64,000 nt of DNA, from the NCBI GenBank assembly GCA_965242525.1, contig OZ251459.1, positions 3,936,001-4,000,000 of the forward strand, in the 5' to 3' direction. The DNA comes from an uncultured Candidatus Binatia bacterium. Lineage in GTDB: Bacteria > Desulfobacterota > Binatia > UBA9968 > JAJDTQ01. Positions 20,319 to 30,054 of the stretch are shown here, piece after piece; position 1 is the first letter of the stretch; each line of letters begins with the position of its first letter. The notes under the pieces were generated by a model, which was given only the letters and a program-made list of their open reading frames with translations, did not search any database and had not been told where the DNA came from. The position numbers were made by a program, and so were the translations under genes.

Positions 20319-22181
20319 ATGGAATACAAGAGCTTTCATATTAAGAACTTCAAGGGTATTTCCGATCAGACGATCAATCTCGGCAAGCGACCGACTGGTA
20401 GGGTATTTACCCTCGTGGGTCTCAACGAATCCGGGAAAACCACGGTTCTGGAGGCAATCAGTTCATTGGAAAGTAGAGAAACGCATCTGGAAGCCCTATA
20501 TCAGGAAGATTTTCCACATGGCGATGCCCATGATTTGATTCCCATGAAGAAAAAAGCCAATTTCAATGAATTGGTAGAAGTCTCTGCTGAAATCTCCCTG
20601 TCCGATCCGGAAGTTGACAAATTGATAAGTTATGCAAAGAGATCTCTCGCCTTCACAGTTGATCGTAAAGAATTCCCAACCGTGATCGGAATGAAAAAAG
20701 AGATGAAGTTCGAGAACTCGAGATACACAGGGACGACCTTTTGGTGGAATATAGATCCGATGGGAATACCGAGTAGAGGAAGAAAGAAGAGAAGACTTTC
20801 TATTCATAGCAAAGAGAAGTGGCAGCAGTTTGTACGTGAGATTAGCAATAACTTGCCCTCCATTCTATATTTTCCGACATTTCTGTTTGATTTCCCAAAG
20901 CGCATCTACGTGAGCTCAGATGCTAAGGAATCCGAAAAGAATACATTTTATTATGACGTAATCAAGGATATACTTGATTCGCTCGACGCTGACCTTGATA
21001 TAGAACAGCATATTGTCGATCGCGCCAGAAATGGTGACTCGCCGTCGCAAAGATCTCTGGAAGCAGTCTTGGCAAAGATGAGCTCGTCGGTGAGCAAGAC
21101 AGTGTTCAAGATGTGGAATAGTATATTTGGAAACAAAAAGAATATCCCCAGAAAGGATATCGTTATCCGTTGCGATACGGAGCCTGCCGGCAATGAGGGA
21201 GCATCGAAGGTTTACCTTGAATTCTTCGTTAAGGATGGGGATGAAATATACCTCATCACGGAACGGTCCCTTGGCTTCCGTTGGTTTTTCTGTTTTATGC
21301 TGTTTACCCAATTTCGCCAATACCGAAAAGAGACAGAAAACACGTTGTTTTTGTTCGATGAACCGGCATCCAACTTGCATTCTCACGCGCAAGCTCAGTT
21401 GCTGAAAAGTTTTATGACGATTATTGGTAGAGGACAAGGCAGGATTCTATACTCCACACATAGTCATTATATGATCAATCCTAGATGGTTGGAGAATACT
21501 TATATCGTCTCTAATGGTAGCCTATACGACAATGACAAGTCCATGTACGAGTATTCTTCGCGTGATGCAGACATACAGATAACGCCATATAGGGAGTTTG
21601 TCAGCCATCATCCCACGAAGACGAACTATTTCCAACCAATACTGGACACTCTTGAACATGCTCCCAGTAGTTTGGAGAGAATCTCTGACGCGGTATTTGT
21701 TGAGGGGAAGAATGATTTCTACATGCTCAAGTACTTCAATGAAGTCATTTTGCGGAATCACGAAACGTTCTCGATCATTCCGGGGACAGGTGCTGGTGGT
21801 TTCGATGCTTTGATTGGTTTGTATCTCGGTTGGGGGAAGAAGTTTATCTTACTACTTGACGATGATAACGCGGGTAGGATGAGTAAGGCAGGGTACATCC
21901 GAGAATGGCAGCCGCAAGAGTTTCTCGTTCTTACATTGAGAGACATCTCACAAGACTGGGCAGGCTTGGAAATGGATAGACTTCTGTCGGAACCAGATGT
22001 TGAGAACATCCGAGCAGATTTTTATCCAGACAAGAAGGGCAGGCCATCGAAGAAGGAAATCTGCCGTGCATTGCAAGAGAAGCTCAGCCGTGAAGATGCA
22101 AGCAATATCTCTGAGGAAACCATTGCTTCGTTTCGAAGGTTGCTGGACACATTGAAAGATAGATTGAATGGTCAGCGGTAG
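20319..22181 (+). CDS. ABC-type ATPase-TOPRIM nuclease (OLD-like)
   Basis: GLNESGKT, SLGFRWF, LFDEPASNLH, YSTHS, VFVEGKND, LLDDDNAG; markedly AT-richer than its flanks. Confidence 0.83.
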   Translation: MEYKSFHIKNFKGISDQTINLGKRPTGRVFTLVGLNESGKTTVLEAISSLESRETHLEALYQEDFPHGDAHDLIPMKKKANFNELVEVSAEISLSDPEVDKLISYAKRSLAFTVDRKEFPTVIGMKKEMKFENSRYTGTTFWWNIDPMGIPSRGRKKRRLSIHSKEKWQQFVREISNNLPSILYFPTFLFDFPKRIYVSSDAKESEKNTFYYDVIKDILDSLDADLDIEQHIVDRARNGDSPSQRSLEAVLAKMSSSVSKTVFKMWNSIFGNKKNIPRKDIVIRCDTEPAGNEGASKVYLEFFVKDGDEIYLITERSLGFRWFFCFMLFTQFRQYRKETENTLFLFDEPASNLHSHAQAQLLKSFMTIIGRGQGRILYSTHSHYMINPRWLENTYIVSNGSLYDNDKSMYEYSSRDADIQITPYREFVSHHPTKTNYFQPILDTLEHAPSSLERISDAVFVEGKNDFYMLKYFNEVILRNHETFSIIPGTGAGGFDALIGLYLGWGKKFILLLDDDNAGRMSKAGYIREWQPQEFLVLTLRDISQDWAGLEMDRLLSEPDVENIRADFYPDKKGRPSKKEICRALQEKLSREDASNISEETIASFRRLLDTLKDRLNGQR

Positions 22182-22239
22182 TACCGGATGGCAATCGGGC
22201 AGATCCGTTGCCGGATTTCCGTGCAGGGCTACCGGCGCC

Positions 22240-22704
22240 TCACAGCAACGGCAATATCGCGCCGAACAGTACGCCCTCGAACAGGGACCGCTTCAGCAGC
22301 AGGTCGAGGCTGACGAAGACCAGGGCCCAGACCGCGGCCGCGGCCAGGAGGCAGCGGGGCCAGGAGGCGCCGCCGTAGCGGCGCAGGAACAGGACCATGT
22401 AGAGGGGGATGGCGAGATGGAAGCCGATGAGGAGCACCAGCACGCAGAAGGCCCCCAGCCAGGCGATGACCGGGGCGGCCTTGGACCACGGCGCCACGTC
22501 CGGGGCGGCTTCGTCCGCGGCCGCGCTCGGGTAGAGCAGTTCCCGGCCCAGACTGAACAGGATCAGCGCCAGCGTGGGCGCGCCCAGCACCACCGGCACG
22601 AGCCCTCCCTGTCCTTCGAACCCGAGGGACAGGGAGACCACCAGCGCCACCACCGCCAAGTAGAGCAGGTTGACGATCACGCCGGTGTAGTCCATGCGCT
22701 TCAT
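22240..22704 (-). CDS. tctB: Tripartite tricarboxylate transporter small subunit (TctB-like)
   Basis: 154 aa, 4-5 TM segments, downstream of tctA. Confidence 0.75.
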   Translation of the reverse strand: MKRMDYTGVIVNLLYLAVVALVVSLSLGFEGQGGLVPVVLGAPTLALILFSLGRELLYPSAAADEAAPDVAPWSKAAPVIAWLGAFCVLVLLIGFHLAIPLYMVLFLRRYGGASWPRCLLAAAAVWALVFVSLDLLLKRSLFEGVLFGAILPLL

Positions 22705-22714
22705 GGCGGTCTCG

Positions 22715-24184
22715 TCAGCGGGTCCGCAGCCGCTTGGCCACCGGCGCCGCGGCCATCGTGAGGATGAGGATCCAGGAGATGGCGCTGTCGAAGAATCCCG
22801 TATAGCTGCCGTCGTGGATGCGCAGGGTCAGCAGGAAGGACTTCTCCGCCAGGTCGCCGAGCACGAAGCCGATGACCAGGGGCAGCACCGGCACTCCCGC
22901 CCGCCGCATGGCGAAGCCGAGCACGCCCAGCAGCACCACCAGCACCACGTCCCAGACGTTCTCCCGCAGGATGTAGGTTCCGGCCAGGGAGACCACCGCG
23001 ATGACGGCCGAGAGGTAGTGGACCGGGACCCGGGTGATGACGGCCAGGTAGCGGGCGGCGAACAGGCCGAATATGCTGGCGAAGGCGTTGGACACCACGT
23101 AGCCGTTGAGCAGGGTCCAGACGAATATGGGCTGCTCCACGATCAACTGGGGTCCCGGCGAGATCCCGTGCATGATGAATATGCTCAGGAGCAGGGCCAT
23201 GGCGAGGCTCCCGGGGATGCCGAAGCTGAGGGTGGTCAGCAACGCCCCGCCATCCTTGGAGTCGTTGGCCGCCTCGCTGGCGATGACGCCCTCGGGATGG
23301 CCCTTGCCGAAGGAGCCCGGGTCCCTGGAGGCCTGCACCGCCACCGTATAGGCGATGAGGTTGGCGGTCTCGCCCCCCACTCCCGGTATGATCCCCACCA
23401 GCGTGCCGATGGAGGAGCTCCGCAGCAGGCACACCGCGTAGCGGAAGTTCTCCAGCACCCCCTGCCAGGCGCCCCGTATGCTGGCCTCGACGTTGTCCCG
23501 GGCGATGGTGCCCCCCTGGGCCGAGTAGTTGATGAGCTCCCCGATGGCGAACAGCCCCACGAAGAACGGTATCAGGGGGATGCCGTCCCACAGGTACTCG
23601 CTGCCCAGCGTATAGCGGATGAGCCCGGTGGGCTCGTTGAGCCCCACCAAGGACAGCAGGATGCCGACGCCGCCGGCCACGAGGCCCTTCAGCAGCGACC
23701 CCTGGCTCACGGTGGCGGTGGTGACGAGGCCGAACACCACCAGCCAGAAGATCTCCGGGTGGCCGAAGGCCAGCACCAGCGGGCGCATGACCTGGATCAG
23801 CAGGGCGAGGATCACGAGTCCGAAGAGCGCCCCCAGGAGGCAGGCCCCGGCCGACAGGCCCAGGGCCCGGGCCGCCTCCCCTCGCTTGGCCATGGGGTAG
23901 CCGTCGAAGCAGGTGGCGGCGTTCACCGGCGTGCCCGGGGTGTTGAGCAGGATGGCGCTGATGGAGCCGCCGAAAGAGCTCGCTCCCATGATGCCGGAGA
24001 ACAGATAGACCGCGGTGATGGCGTCCCAGGTGAACGTGAACGGGAGCAGCATGGACATGGCGAGGATGCCGCCCAGGCCCGGCACCGCGCCGAAGACCAG
24101 GCCGATGATGCTGCCCGCGCACAGCGTCAGTATGACGTGCGGCTCGGCAATGGTGGCCAGGGCGCCGCCGAATCCCTCGAACAT
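22715..24184 (-). CDS. tctA: Tripartite tricarboxylate transporter large permease
   Basis: ILLNTPGTP..TCFDGYPMAKRG, GVIASEAAND, GIPGS motifs. Confidence 0.93.
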   Translation of the reverse strand: MFEGFGGALATIAEPHVILTLCAGSIIGLVFGAVPGLGGILAMSMLLPFTFTWDAITAVYLFSGIMGASSFGGSISAILLNTPGTPVNAATCFDGYPMAKRGEAARALGLSAGACLLGALFGLVILALLIQVMRPLVLAFGHPEIFWLVVFGLVTTATVSQGSLLKGLVAGGVGILLSLVGLNEPTGLIRYTLGSEYLWDGIPLIPFFVGLFAIGELINYSAQGGTIARDNVEASIRGAWQGVLENFRYAVCLLRSSSIGTLVGIIPGVGGETANLIAYTVAVQASRDPGSFGKGHPEGVIASEAANDSKDGGALLTTLSFGIPGSLAMALLLSIFIMHGISPGPQLIVEQPIFVWTLLNGYVVSNAFASIFGLFAARYLAVITRVPVHYLSAVIAVVSLAGTYILRENVWDVVLVVLLGVLGFAMRRAGVPVLPLVIGFVLGDLAEKSFLLTLRIHDGSYTGFFDSAISWILILTMAAAPVAKRLRTR

Positions 24185-24337
24185 GGACGCGGGTGTCCCG
24201 GGGTCACCGTCCGCGCGTCCCTGCGCCCCTCGACCCGGTGGACGGGCGGGGGCCGGAACGGGACGGCGGAAGCCCGGAAGGAAGGGGGCGAGACGGTCCC
24301 GCACCGCGGAGCCGTCTCGCTGCGTGACCGGCCGCGG

Positions 24338-25333
24338 TCACTTGACGTATTTCTTCAGCAGGGAGGCGTTGTCTCCCACTAGGCCGATCATGTCCCCGAT
24401 GAGCTTCGAGGTGTCCTGGGCGCTCAGCGGGGCCACGACGTTGCCGTTGGCCTGGATCTTGGCCTTGAGCTTGGCGTCGCCGTTGACCTTCACCAGGGCC
24501 GCCTCCAGCACCGAGGCGATCTTGCCGGGGGTCTTGGGCGGCAGCGCGTAGAGGTTCTGCCCCACCAGGGAGGCCGACCCCAGTTCCGGGAACCCCTGTT
24601 CCACTCCGGTGGGGATGTCCGGGAACTTGGGATGCCGCTCGGGCAGGTAAACGGCGATGGCCTTGGCCTCGCCGGACTGGACCGCGGTGGTCCAGCGGTT
24701 GACCAGGGGCAGGTTGGTGATGGCGATGTCACCGCGGATGATGCCGGTGATCAGCTCGGGTCCCTTGAAGCCGGCGATGAAGTCCACCGGGTAGCCCACG
24801 AGGTTGGCGGTGATCACCGAGATGGGGAAGGTGTTGCCGCCGGTGCCGGTGATGCCCGCCTTGATGGGCTTCCCGGCCGTCTTCATCTGTTCCAGCGACG
24901 TCCATTGGTCCATGCCATCCTTGGCGGTGGCCTGGAGGAAGTACGGGTTGGACACCTGCCGCCCGATCCAGGTGAAGCTCCGCAGGTCGGGATCCATCCC
25001 CCGGACCACCTGGTTGACCGCCTGGCCGGGCAGGTTGATGGCCGCCATGGTGTAGCCGTCGGGCTTGGAGCGGTTCAGTATCGTCACCGAGTTCCGCCCG
25101 CCCGCCCCCGGCACGTTGCGCACCAACACGGGCACGCCCAGGAGCTTCGACAGGACCTCGCCCTGGAGCCTCGCCGCGGTGTCCATGGCCCCGCCCACCG
25201 AAAAGCCCACGAGGATCGTGATGGGCTTGACGGGATATTTGTCCTGGGCCGCTGCCGGCGTACCGGCCAGCGCCAGGGCCCCGGCCGCGAGCATGGCGAT
25301 GGCCGCGGTTCGCAAAGGTTTCGAGTTCGACAT
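24338..25333 (-). CDS. tctC: TTT substrate-binding protein (Bug/TctC)
   Basis: Signal peptide; YPVKPITILVGFSVGG, NVPGAGG, KPDGYT, FPDIPT; AGGAAAGGAG RBS. Confidence 0.9.
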   Translation of the reverse strand: MSNSKPLRTAAIAMLAAGALALAGTPAAAQDKYPVKPITILVGFSVGGAMDTAARLQGEVLSKLLGVPVLVRNVPGAGGRNSVTILNRSKPDGYTMAAINLPGQAVNQVVRGMDPDLRSFTWIGRQVSNPYFLQATAKDGMDQWTSLEQMKTAGKPIKAGITGTGGNTFPISVITANLVGYPVDFIAGFKGPELITGIIRGDIAITNLPLVNRWTTAVQSGEAKAIAVYLPERHPKFPDIPTGVEQGFPELGSASLVGQNLYALPPKTPGKIASVLEAALVKVNGDAKLKAKIQANGNVVAPLSAQDTSKLIGDMIGLVGDNASLLKKYVK

Positions 25334-25389
25334 GAGTGCTCCTTTCCTGTCGGAGGACGCGGTGAAGACCGCTGTTCGGCACGCTGCGG

Positions 25390-25419
25390 ACCTTATCGCC
25401 CCGTCCATGACCTTGTCAA
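25390..25419 (-). promoter_or_regulatory. Putative sigma70 promoter for tctC
   Basis: TTGACA-N18-TAAGGT on the minus strand. Confidence 0.5.
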
Positions 25420-25422
25420 CGG

Positions 25423-26838
25423 CTACCTCCGCAGCAGCGAACGGTCGAAGGGCTCCAGCAGCCCTTCCAGTTCCACCTCGCGCACCCGGGCCTCCGGCGG
25501 GCGCGCCCGCTGGGGGTACTGGACCGGCGGGGCGGGCTTGGTGGCGTCCAGGATCATGACGGCGCCCATCACGGGCTGGTGGGTCCCGTCCAGTGCGTAG
25601 TCCCAGTTGGACGGCAGCAGGTCCCCGGGACCGTTCCAGTCCGGGATGGTCAGCACGTCCCGGTCCGGGCGCAGGCGCGTGCCCACGGCCCAGGTCACTT
25701 CCGGCTCGTGGAACACGTCGATGTCCTCGTCCACCACCACCACGCACCGGAGGTTCTCGGGTTCCGTGGCGATGGCGGCCAGGGCCGCCCGCTTGACCTC
25801 CGAGTCGCGGCGCTTGCGGATGGAGATGTAGCAGTGGGTGCGGGCGTGGGCGGGCACGTTGACGTTGACTACACCCGGGACCGCTTCCTTCACCCGGCGG
25901 TAGATGGTGCCCATGCGGGGCAGGCTCCCGAGCACCAGGTGTTCCCGGCCCGCGGGGAAGACGTCGTAGTAGATGGGGTTGCGGCGCATGGTCAGGGCCG
26001 ACACGCGCATGACCGGCTGGGCGCCGACGCTCACGTAGTAGCCGGTCCACTCGCCGAAGGGGCCTTCGAGCCGGGTCTCGTCGGCGGGGAGCCGCCCCTC
26101 GATGACCATCTCGGCGTGGGCCGGCACCATGAGGTCCACGGTCTCGGCCTTGACGAGCTGGATGGGCTCCTGCAGCAGCGCGCCCGCCTCCGCGAACTCC
26201 CCGCCGATCCCCGGCAGCCGGGAGACCGCCCCGAGCATGAACGTGGGGTAGTGCCCGATGACCAGGGCGAACTCGGTGGGCTCGCCCCGTTCCGAGCAGC
26301 GCCGGTGGATGTAGCCGCCGTGGTGGCTGCCCTGGAAATAGACCCCGAGGGTGTGCGGGTCGTGGACTTGGTGGCGGTAGATCCCGGCGTTCTGGACGCC
26401 CGTGTCCGGGTCCTTGAGGATCAGGACTCCGCCGGTGACGTAGGGACCGGCGTCGAGCTCGTTGTGGAACGGGATGGGCAGGGCGGACAGGTCGGCCGCG
26501 TCCCCCTTGAGCACCACCTCCTTCACCGGACCGTCGGCCACGGTCTCCGCGGGGATGGGCCGCGCCTGCCTTTCGCCGTACACCCGGGCCATGTCCGGCA
26601 CGCCGGTATCCAGGGCCAGGGCCAGCCGCTCGTAGGTGGCCGTCAGGTTGATGAGCAGGGGCATGGACGAGCCTTCCACGTGGGTGAAGAGCAGCGCGGG
26701 GAAGCGTCCTTCCTCCCCCAGCCTCGCGGCGATGGCGGTGACGTCGAACCTGCGGTCCACCCGTCGGGTGACCACCCGGAGCTGGTCCGGGGCCGAGTCC
26801 GCCAACTGCTCGATGAACGCGCGCAGATCCTTTGCCAT
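25423..26838 (-). CDS. UbiD family (prFMN-dependent) decarboxylase
   Basis: DLRAFIEQL, DAGPYVT, NAGIYR, EGPFGEWTGY, VVVVDEDID, ILDATKP. Confidence 0.92.
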   Translation of the reverse strand: MAKDLRAFIEQLADSAPDQLRVVTRRVDRRFDVTAIAARLGEEGRFPALLFTHVEGSSMPLLINLTATYERLALALDTGVPDMARVYGERQARPIPAETVADGPVKEVVLKGDAADLSALPIPFHNELDAGPYVTGGVLILKDPDTGVQNAGIYRHQVHDPHTLGVYFQGSHHGGYIHRRCSERGEPTEFALVIGHYPTFMLGAVSRLPGIGGEFAEAGALLQEPIQLVKAETVDLMVPAHAEMVIEGRLPADETRLEGPFGEWTGYYVSVGAQPVMRVSALTMRRNPIYYDVFPAGREHLVLGSLPRMGTIYRRVKEAVPGVVNVNVPAHARTHCYISIRKRRDSEVKRAALAAIATEPENLRCVVVVDEDIDVFHEPEVTWAVGTRLRPDRDVLTIPDWNGPGDLLPSNWDYALDGTHQPVMGAVMILDATKPAPPVQYPQRARPPEARVREVELEGLLEPFDRSLLRR

Positions 26839-26948
26839 GTGTGTGTGGTCCTTTCGTTGCCGCGGACGCGGGTTTCGTCCGGCCGTGCGCCCGCGGCGGG
26901 CGCTTGAAGGTCGCGCTTGAAATCGGGCAGCCTATATCATAGACGATA

Positions 26949-27039
26949 GGAACCTCTGAACGATTCCGGCTTGAACATCTTCTTCCTGCGGGAAAGCGCG
27001 TCCTTCGACTTCGCTTCGCTACGCTCAGGACGAACGGGA
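26949..27039 (-). mobile_element. MITE-like element, subfamily B (one clear TIR plus REP)
   Basis: GGAACCTCTGAACGATTC followed by GGAAAGCGCGTCCTTCGACTTCGCTTCGCTACGCTCAGGACGAACGG. Confidence 0.72.
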
Positions 27040-27082
27040 TAATTGTCCAGATGTTCCGATAACCTTTCCGAGCGACGCTCCC

Positions 27083-28084
27083 ATGGGAAACTACCTGCTC
27101 CGCCGACTGATCGGAACCATCCCGGTGATGGTCCTCATCAGCATCCTGGTGTTCCTGCTGATCCAGGCCGCGCCGGGCGACCCCACGCTCATGCTGCTCG
27201 GGGAGGACACCACCGCCGCGGACATCGCCGAGGCCAAGGAGCGGTGGGGGCTGGACCAGCCGGTCTATGTCCAGTACGTCAAGTTCTTCCTGTCCGCGGT
27301 CCAGGGGGATTTCGGACGCTCCTTCAAGTACGACGAGCCGGTGCTGGACGTCATCCTCGCCCGGGTGCCGGCGACCCTGGAGCTCGCCACCGCCGCGGTG
27401 GTCATCGCCCTCATCATCGCCATTCCCCTCGGGGTGTGGGCCGCGGCCAAGCCCAACTCGTGGGTGGACAACACCGGCACCACCTTCGGCCTGTTCGGCA
27501 TCAGCATGCCCAGCTTCTGGTTCGGCATCATGCTGATCCTGCTGTTCGCCGGGATACTGAACGTCCTGCCGTCCGCGGGCCGGGACACCTACGGCATCGC
27601 CGGCAAGCCCGTCACCGGGTTCTACATCCTCGACAGCGCCCTCCTGGGGAACTGGGCCGGAGTGCGCGACGGCCTGGAGCACGTGTTCCTGCCGGCCCTC
27701 GCCCTCGGCGCCAACATGCTGGGCATCCTCATGCGCGTGACGCGGTCGTCGGTGCTGGAGGTCATGCACGAGGATTACGTGACCACGGCCCGGGCCAAGG
27801 GGCTGGTGGAGCGCAAGGTGATGTGGCGCCACGTGTTGAGCAACGCCCTGATCCCGGTCATCACCGTGGTGGGGCTGGAGCTCGGCACGCTCCTGAGCGG
27901 CTCGATCATCGTGGAGACGGTCTTTTCGTGGCCCGGCAGCGGCAGCCTCCTGGTCATCGCCCTGAACGCCCGGGACCATCCGCTGGTGACCGGCCTGGTG
28001 CTGGTCTATACCGCGGCCTTCGTGGCCATCAACTTCCTGATCGACGTGCTCTATGCAGTCATCGACCCCAGGATCCGATACTAG
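27083..28084 (+). CDS. Peptide/nickel ABC permease (DppB/OppB)
   Basis: APGDP, GDFGRS, SMPSFW, EDYVTTARAKG, IIVETVFSWPG. Confidence 0.92.
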   Translation: MGNYLLRRLIGTIPVMVLISILVFLLIQAAPGDPTLMLLGEDTTAADIAEAKERWGLDQPVYVQYVKFFLSAVQGDFGRSFKYDEPVLDVILARVPATLELATAAVVIALIIAIPLGVWAAAKPNSWVDNTGTTFGLFGISMPSFWFGIMLILLFAGILNVLPSAGRDTYGIAGKPVTGFYILDSALLGNWAGVRDGLEHVFLPALALGANMLGILMRVTRSSVLEVMHEDYVTTARAKGLVERKVMWRHVLSNALIPVITVVGLELGTLLSGSIIVETVFSWPGSGSLLVIALNARDHPLVTGLVLVYTAAFVAINFLIDVLYAVIDPRIRY

Positions 28085-28973
28085 CCCAGGTGTTCCGGAA
28101 CCGTCCGCCGCCCGGCGGCCCGGCCGCGGGTGGTGGCGCCGCTGGATGCGCGTGAAGGTCTATGCCGGCGGGCTCATCGTGCTGGTGTTCATCGTCGTGG
28201 GCGTACTCGGGCCGCTGGTGGCCCCCTACGACCCCAACCGCCAGAGCCTGGAGACCATGCTGCAGGCGCCCCAGTGGTTCTGGGGGCCGCATTTCCTCGG
28301 CACCGACAACCTCGGCCGGGACATCCTGAGCCGCATCGTGTTCGGCGCCCGGGTGTCGCTGCTGGTGGCCTTCGCGGTGGTGTTCATCTCGGGCTTCGTC
28401 GGCGTCCTGCTGGGGGCCGTCTCGGGCTACTTCGGCGGCAACGTGGATTTCTCCATCCAGAAGCTGGTGGAGGTGGTGTGGGCCTTCCCGCCCCTGCTCC
28501 TGGCGCTGACCATCATGGCGTTCCTCGGCCAGGGCCTGTTCAACCTGATCCTGGCCCTGGTGGCCCAGCGGTGGATCCAGTACTGCCGGGTGACCCGCGG
28601 GCAGAGCCTTTCCCTCAAGGCCCGGGAGTTCGTCATCTCGGCCAAGTCCCTGGGCGCCAGCGACGCCCAGGTCATCTCGCGCCACATCATCCCCAACCTG
28701 ATCCAGGTCTCCCTGGTCATCGGCACTTTCGCCATGGCGTCGTCCATCATCTCCGAGGCGAGCCTGAGCTTCCTGGGCCTCGGGGTGCCCCCCGAGATCC
28801 CCACCTGGGGCACCATGCTCGCGGACGGCCGGATCTACATCAGCACCGCGTGGTGGCTGGCCCTGTTCCCCGGGCTCAGCATCTTCGTCACCGTCCTGGG
28901 GATCAACCTGCTGGGCGACGCCCTGCGGGACGTCCTGGACCCCCGGCTCAAGCGGGCGGGGACCGGGATCTGA
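28053..28973 (+). CDS. Peptide/nickel ABC permease (DppC/OppC)
   Basis: LGTDNLGRD, REFVISAKSLGA, EASLSFLGLG, LGDALRDVLDP; start may be 28146. Confidence 0.9.
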   Translation: MQSSTPGSDTSPGVPEPSAARRPGRGWWRRWMRVKVYAGGLIVLVFIVVGVLGPLVAPYDPNRQSLETMLQAPQWFWGPHFLGTDNLGRDILSRIVFGARVSLLVAFAVVFISGFVGVLLGAVSGYFGGNVDFSIQKLVEVVWAFPPLLLALTIMAFLGQGLFNLILALVAQRWIQYCRVTRGQSLSLKAREFVISAKSLGASDAQVISRHIIPNLIQVSLVIGTFAMASSIISEASLSFLGLGVPPEIPTWGTMLADGRIYISTAWWLALFPGLSIFVTVLGINLLGDALRDVLDPRLKRAGTGI

Positions 28974-29007
28974 CCCGCCGGCAGGACCCGCGCACGGACG
29001 GACTCCC

Positions 29008-30054
29008 ATGCCACGACTCGGAATGGTCCTCTACCACGGCATCGAGAGCGGCGACGCGCTGCGGAACTACGCCCGCACCGCGGAAGAGGCCGGCTTCGAC
29101 TCCCTGTGGGTGACCGAGCGCTACTTCCACGAAGAGACCTTCTCCCTGCTGGGGTTCCTGGCCGCGGCCACCCGAAGGATGCGGCTGGGGCTGGGCGTGG
29201 CCAACCCCTACACGCGCAACCCGGCGCTCCTGGGCATGTGCGCGGCGACCTTGGACCGCGTCTCCGGGGGCCGGTTCCTGCTGGGGCTGGGCCGGAGCGA
29301 CAAGTCGGTGATCGAAGGGCGCATGGGCATGCCCTACGAGCGGCCCCTGCGCACCCTGGAGGAAACCGTGGCCCGGCTCAGGCGGCTCCTGGCCGGCGAG
29401 CGCGTCACCGGCAGCGGCCTTGAGGGCGTCCGCCTCGCGGTGGAGCCGGCGCAGCCGCGCCTGCCCATCTACCTCGCCGCCATCGGCCCCAGGGCCCTGC
29501 GGCTGGCGGGGGCGGTGGCGGACGGCGTCCTGCTCAACGCCTACGTCCCCGTGGACTACGTCCGCTACGCGGTCCGGGAGGTCGCCGCCGCGGCCCGGGA
29601 GGCGGGCCGGGACCCCGGGGCCATCGACATGGCCTGCATGCTCGTGGTGCGCCTGACCGACGACCCGTCGCGGATGATGCCGGCCCTCAAGGAGAGGATG
29701 GCGCGGCTGCTGGCCGAGCCCTTCGTGGGGGAGGTCCTGCTGGAGCGGGGCGGCTTCGACCCCGGCATCCTGCCGCCGCTCCGGGCGGCCGCGGAAGGCG
29801 GAGACGAAAAGGCCGCGGCCCACTTGGTCACCGACGCCATGGTGGAGGCGTTCTACCTGCTCGGAGACGCCGCCGCGTGCCGCGGACGCCTGGCCGAATA
29901 CCGCGAGGCGGGGGTGGACCACCCGTTGCTGCTGCCGCGGCTCGAAGACTACGAGGTCGCCGCGGACGCCCTGGGGCCCGGCTCCCGGGACCAGCGGACG
30001 TCCGGCCCCTCCGCCGGGGCTTCGCCGGAAGGCATCCATGGACGCAAAACCTGA
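29008..30054 (+). CDS. LLM class flavin/F420-dependent oxidoreductase
   Basis: AEEAGFDSLWVTE, LGLGVANPYTRNP, GRFLLGLG, PIYLAAIGP, ADGVLL. Confidence 0.88.
   Translation: MPRLGMVLYHGIESGDALRNYARTAEEAGFDSLWVTERYFHEETFSLLGFLAAATRRMRLGLGVANPYTRNPALLGMCAATLDRVSGGRFLLGLGRSDKSVIEGRMGMPYERPLRTLEETVARLRRLLAGERVTGSGLEGVRLAVEPAQPRLPIYLAAIGPRALRLAGAVADGVLLNAYVPVDYVRYAVREVAAAAREAGRDPGAIDMACMLVVRLTDDPSRMMPALKERMARLLAEPFVGEVLLERGGFDPGILPPLRAAAEGGDEKAAAHLVTDAMVEAFYLLGDAAACRGRLAEYREAGVDHPLLLPRLEDYEVAADALGPGSRDQRTSGPSAGASPEGIHGRKT

Noticed and set aside
20319-22181. Gabija or retron system call
   Set aside because: No UvrD-like GajB, reverse transcriptase or ncRNA is adjacent
6344-22240. Prophage or integrative element
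   Set aside because: No integrase, structural or conjugation genes, tRNA, or att-like repeats were seen
24338-27979. 1213-aa minus-strand ORF
   Set aside because: Only the last ~331 aa are TctC; the rest is an off-frame or antisense shadow of ubiD and dppB in GC-rich DNA
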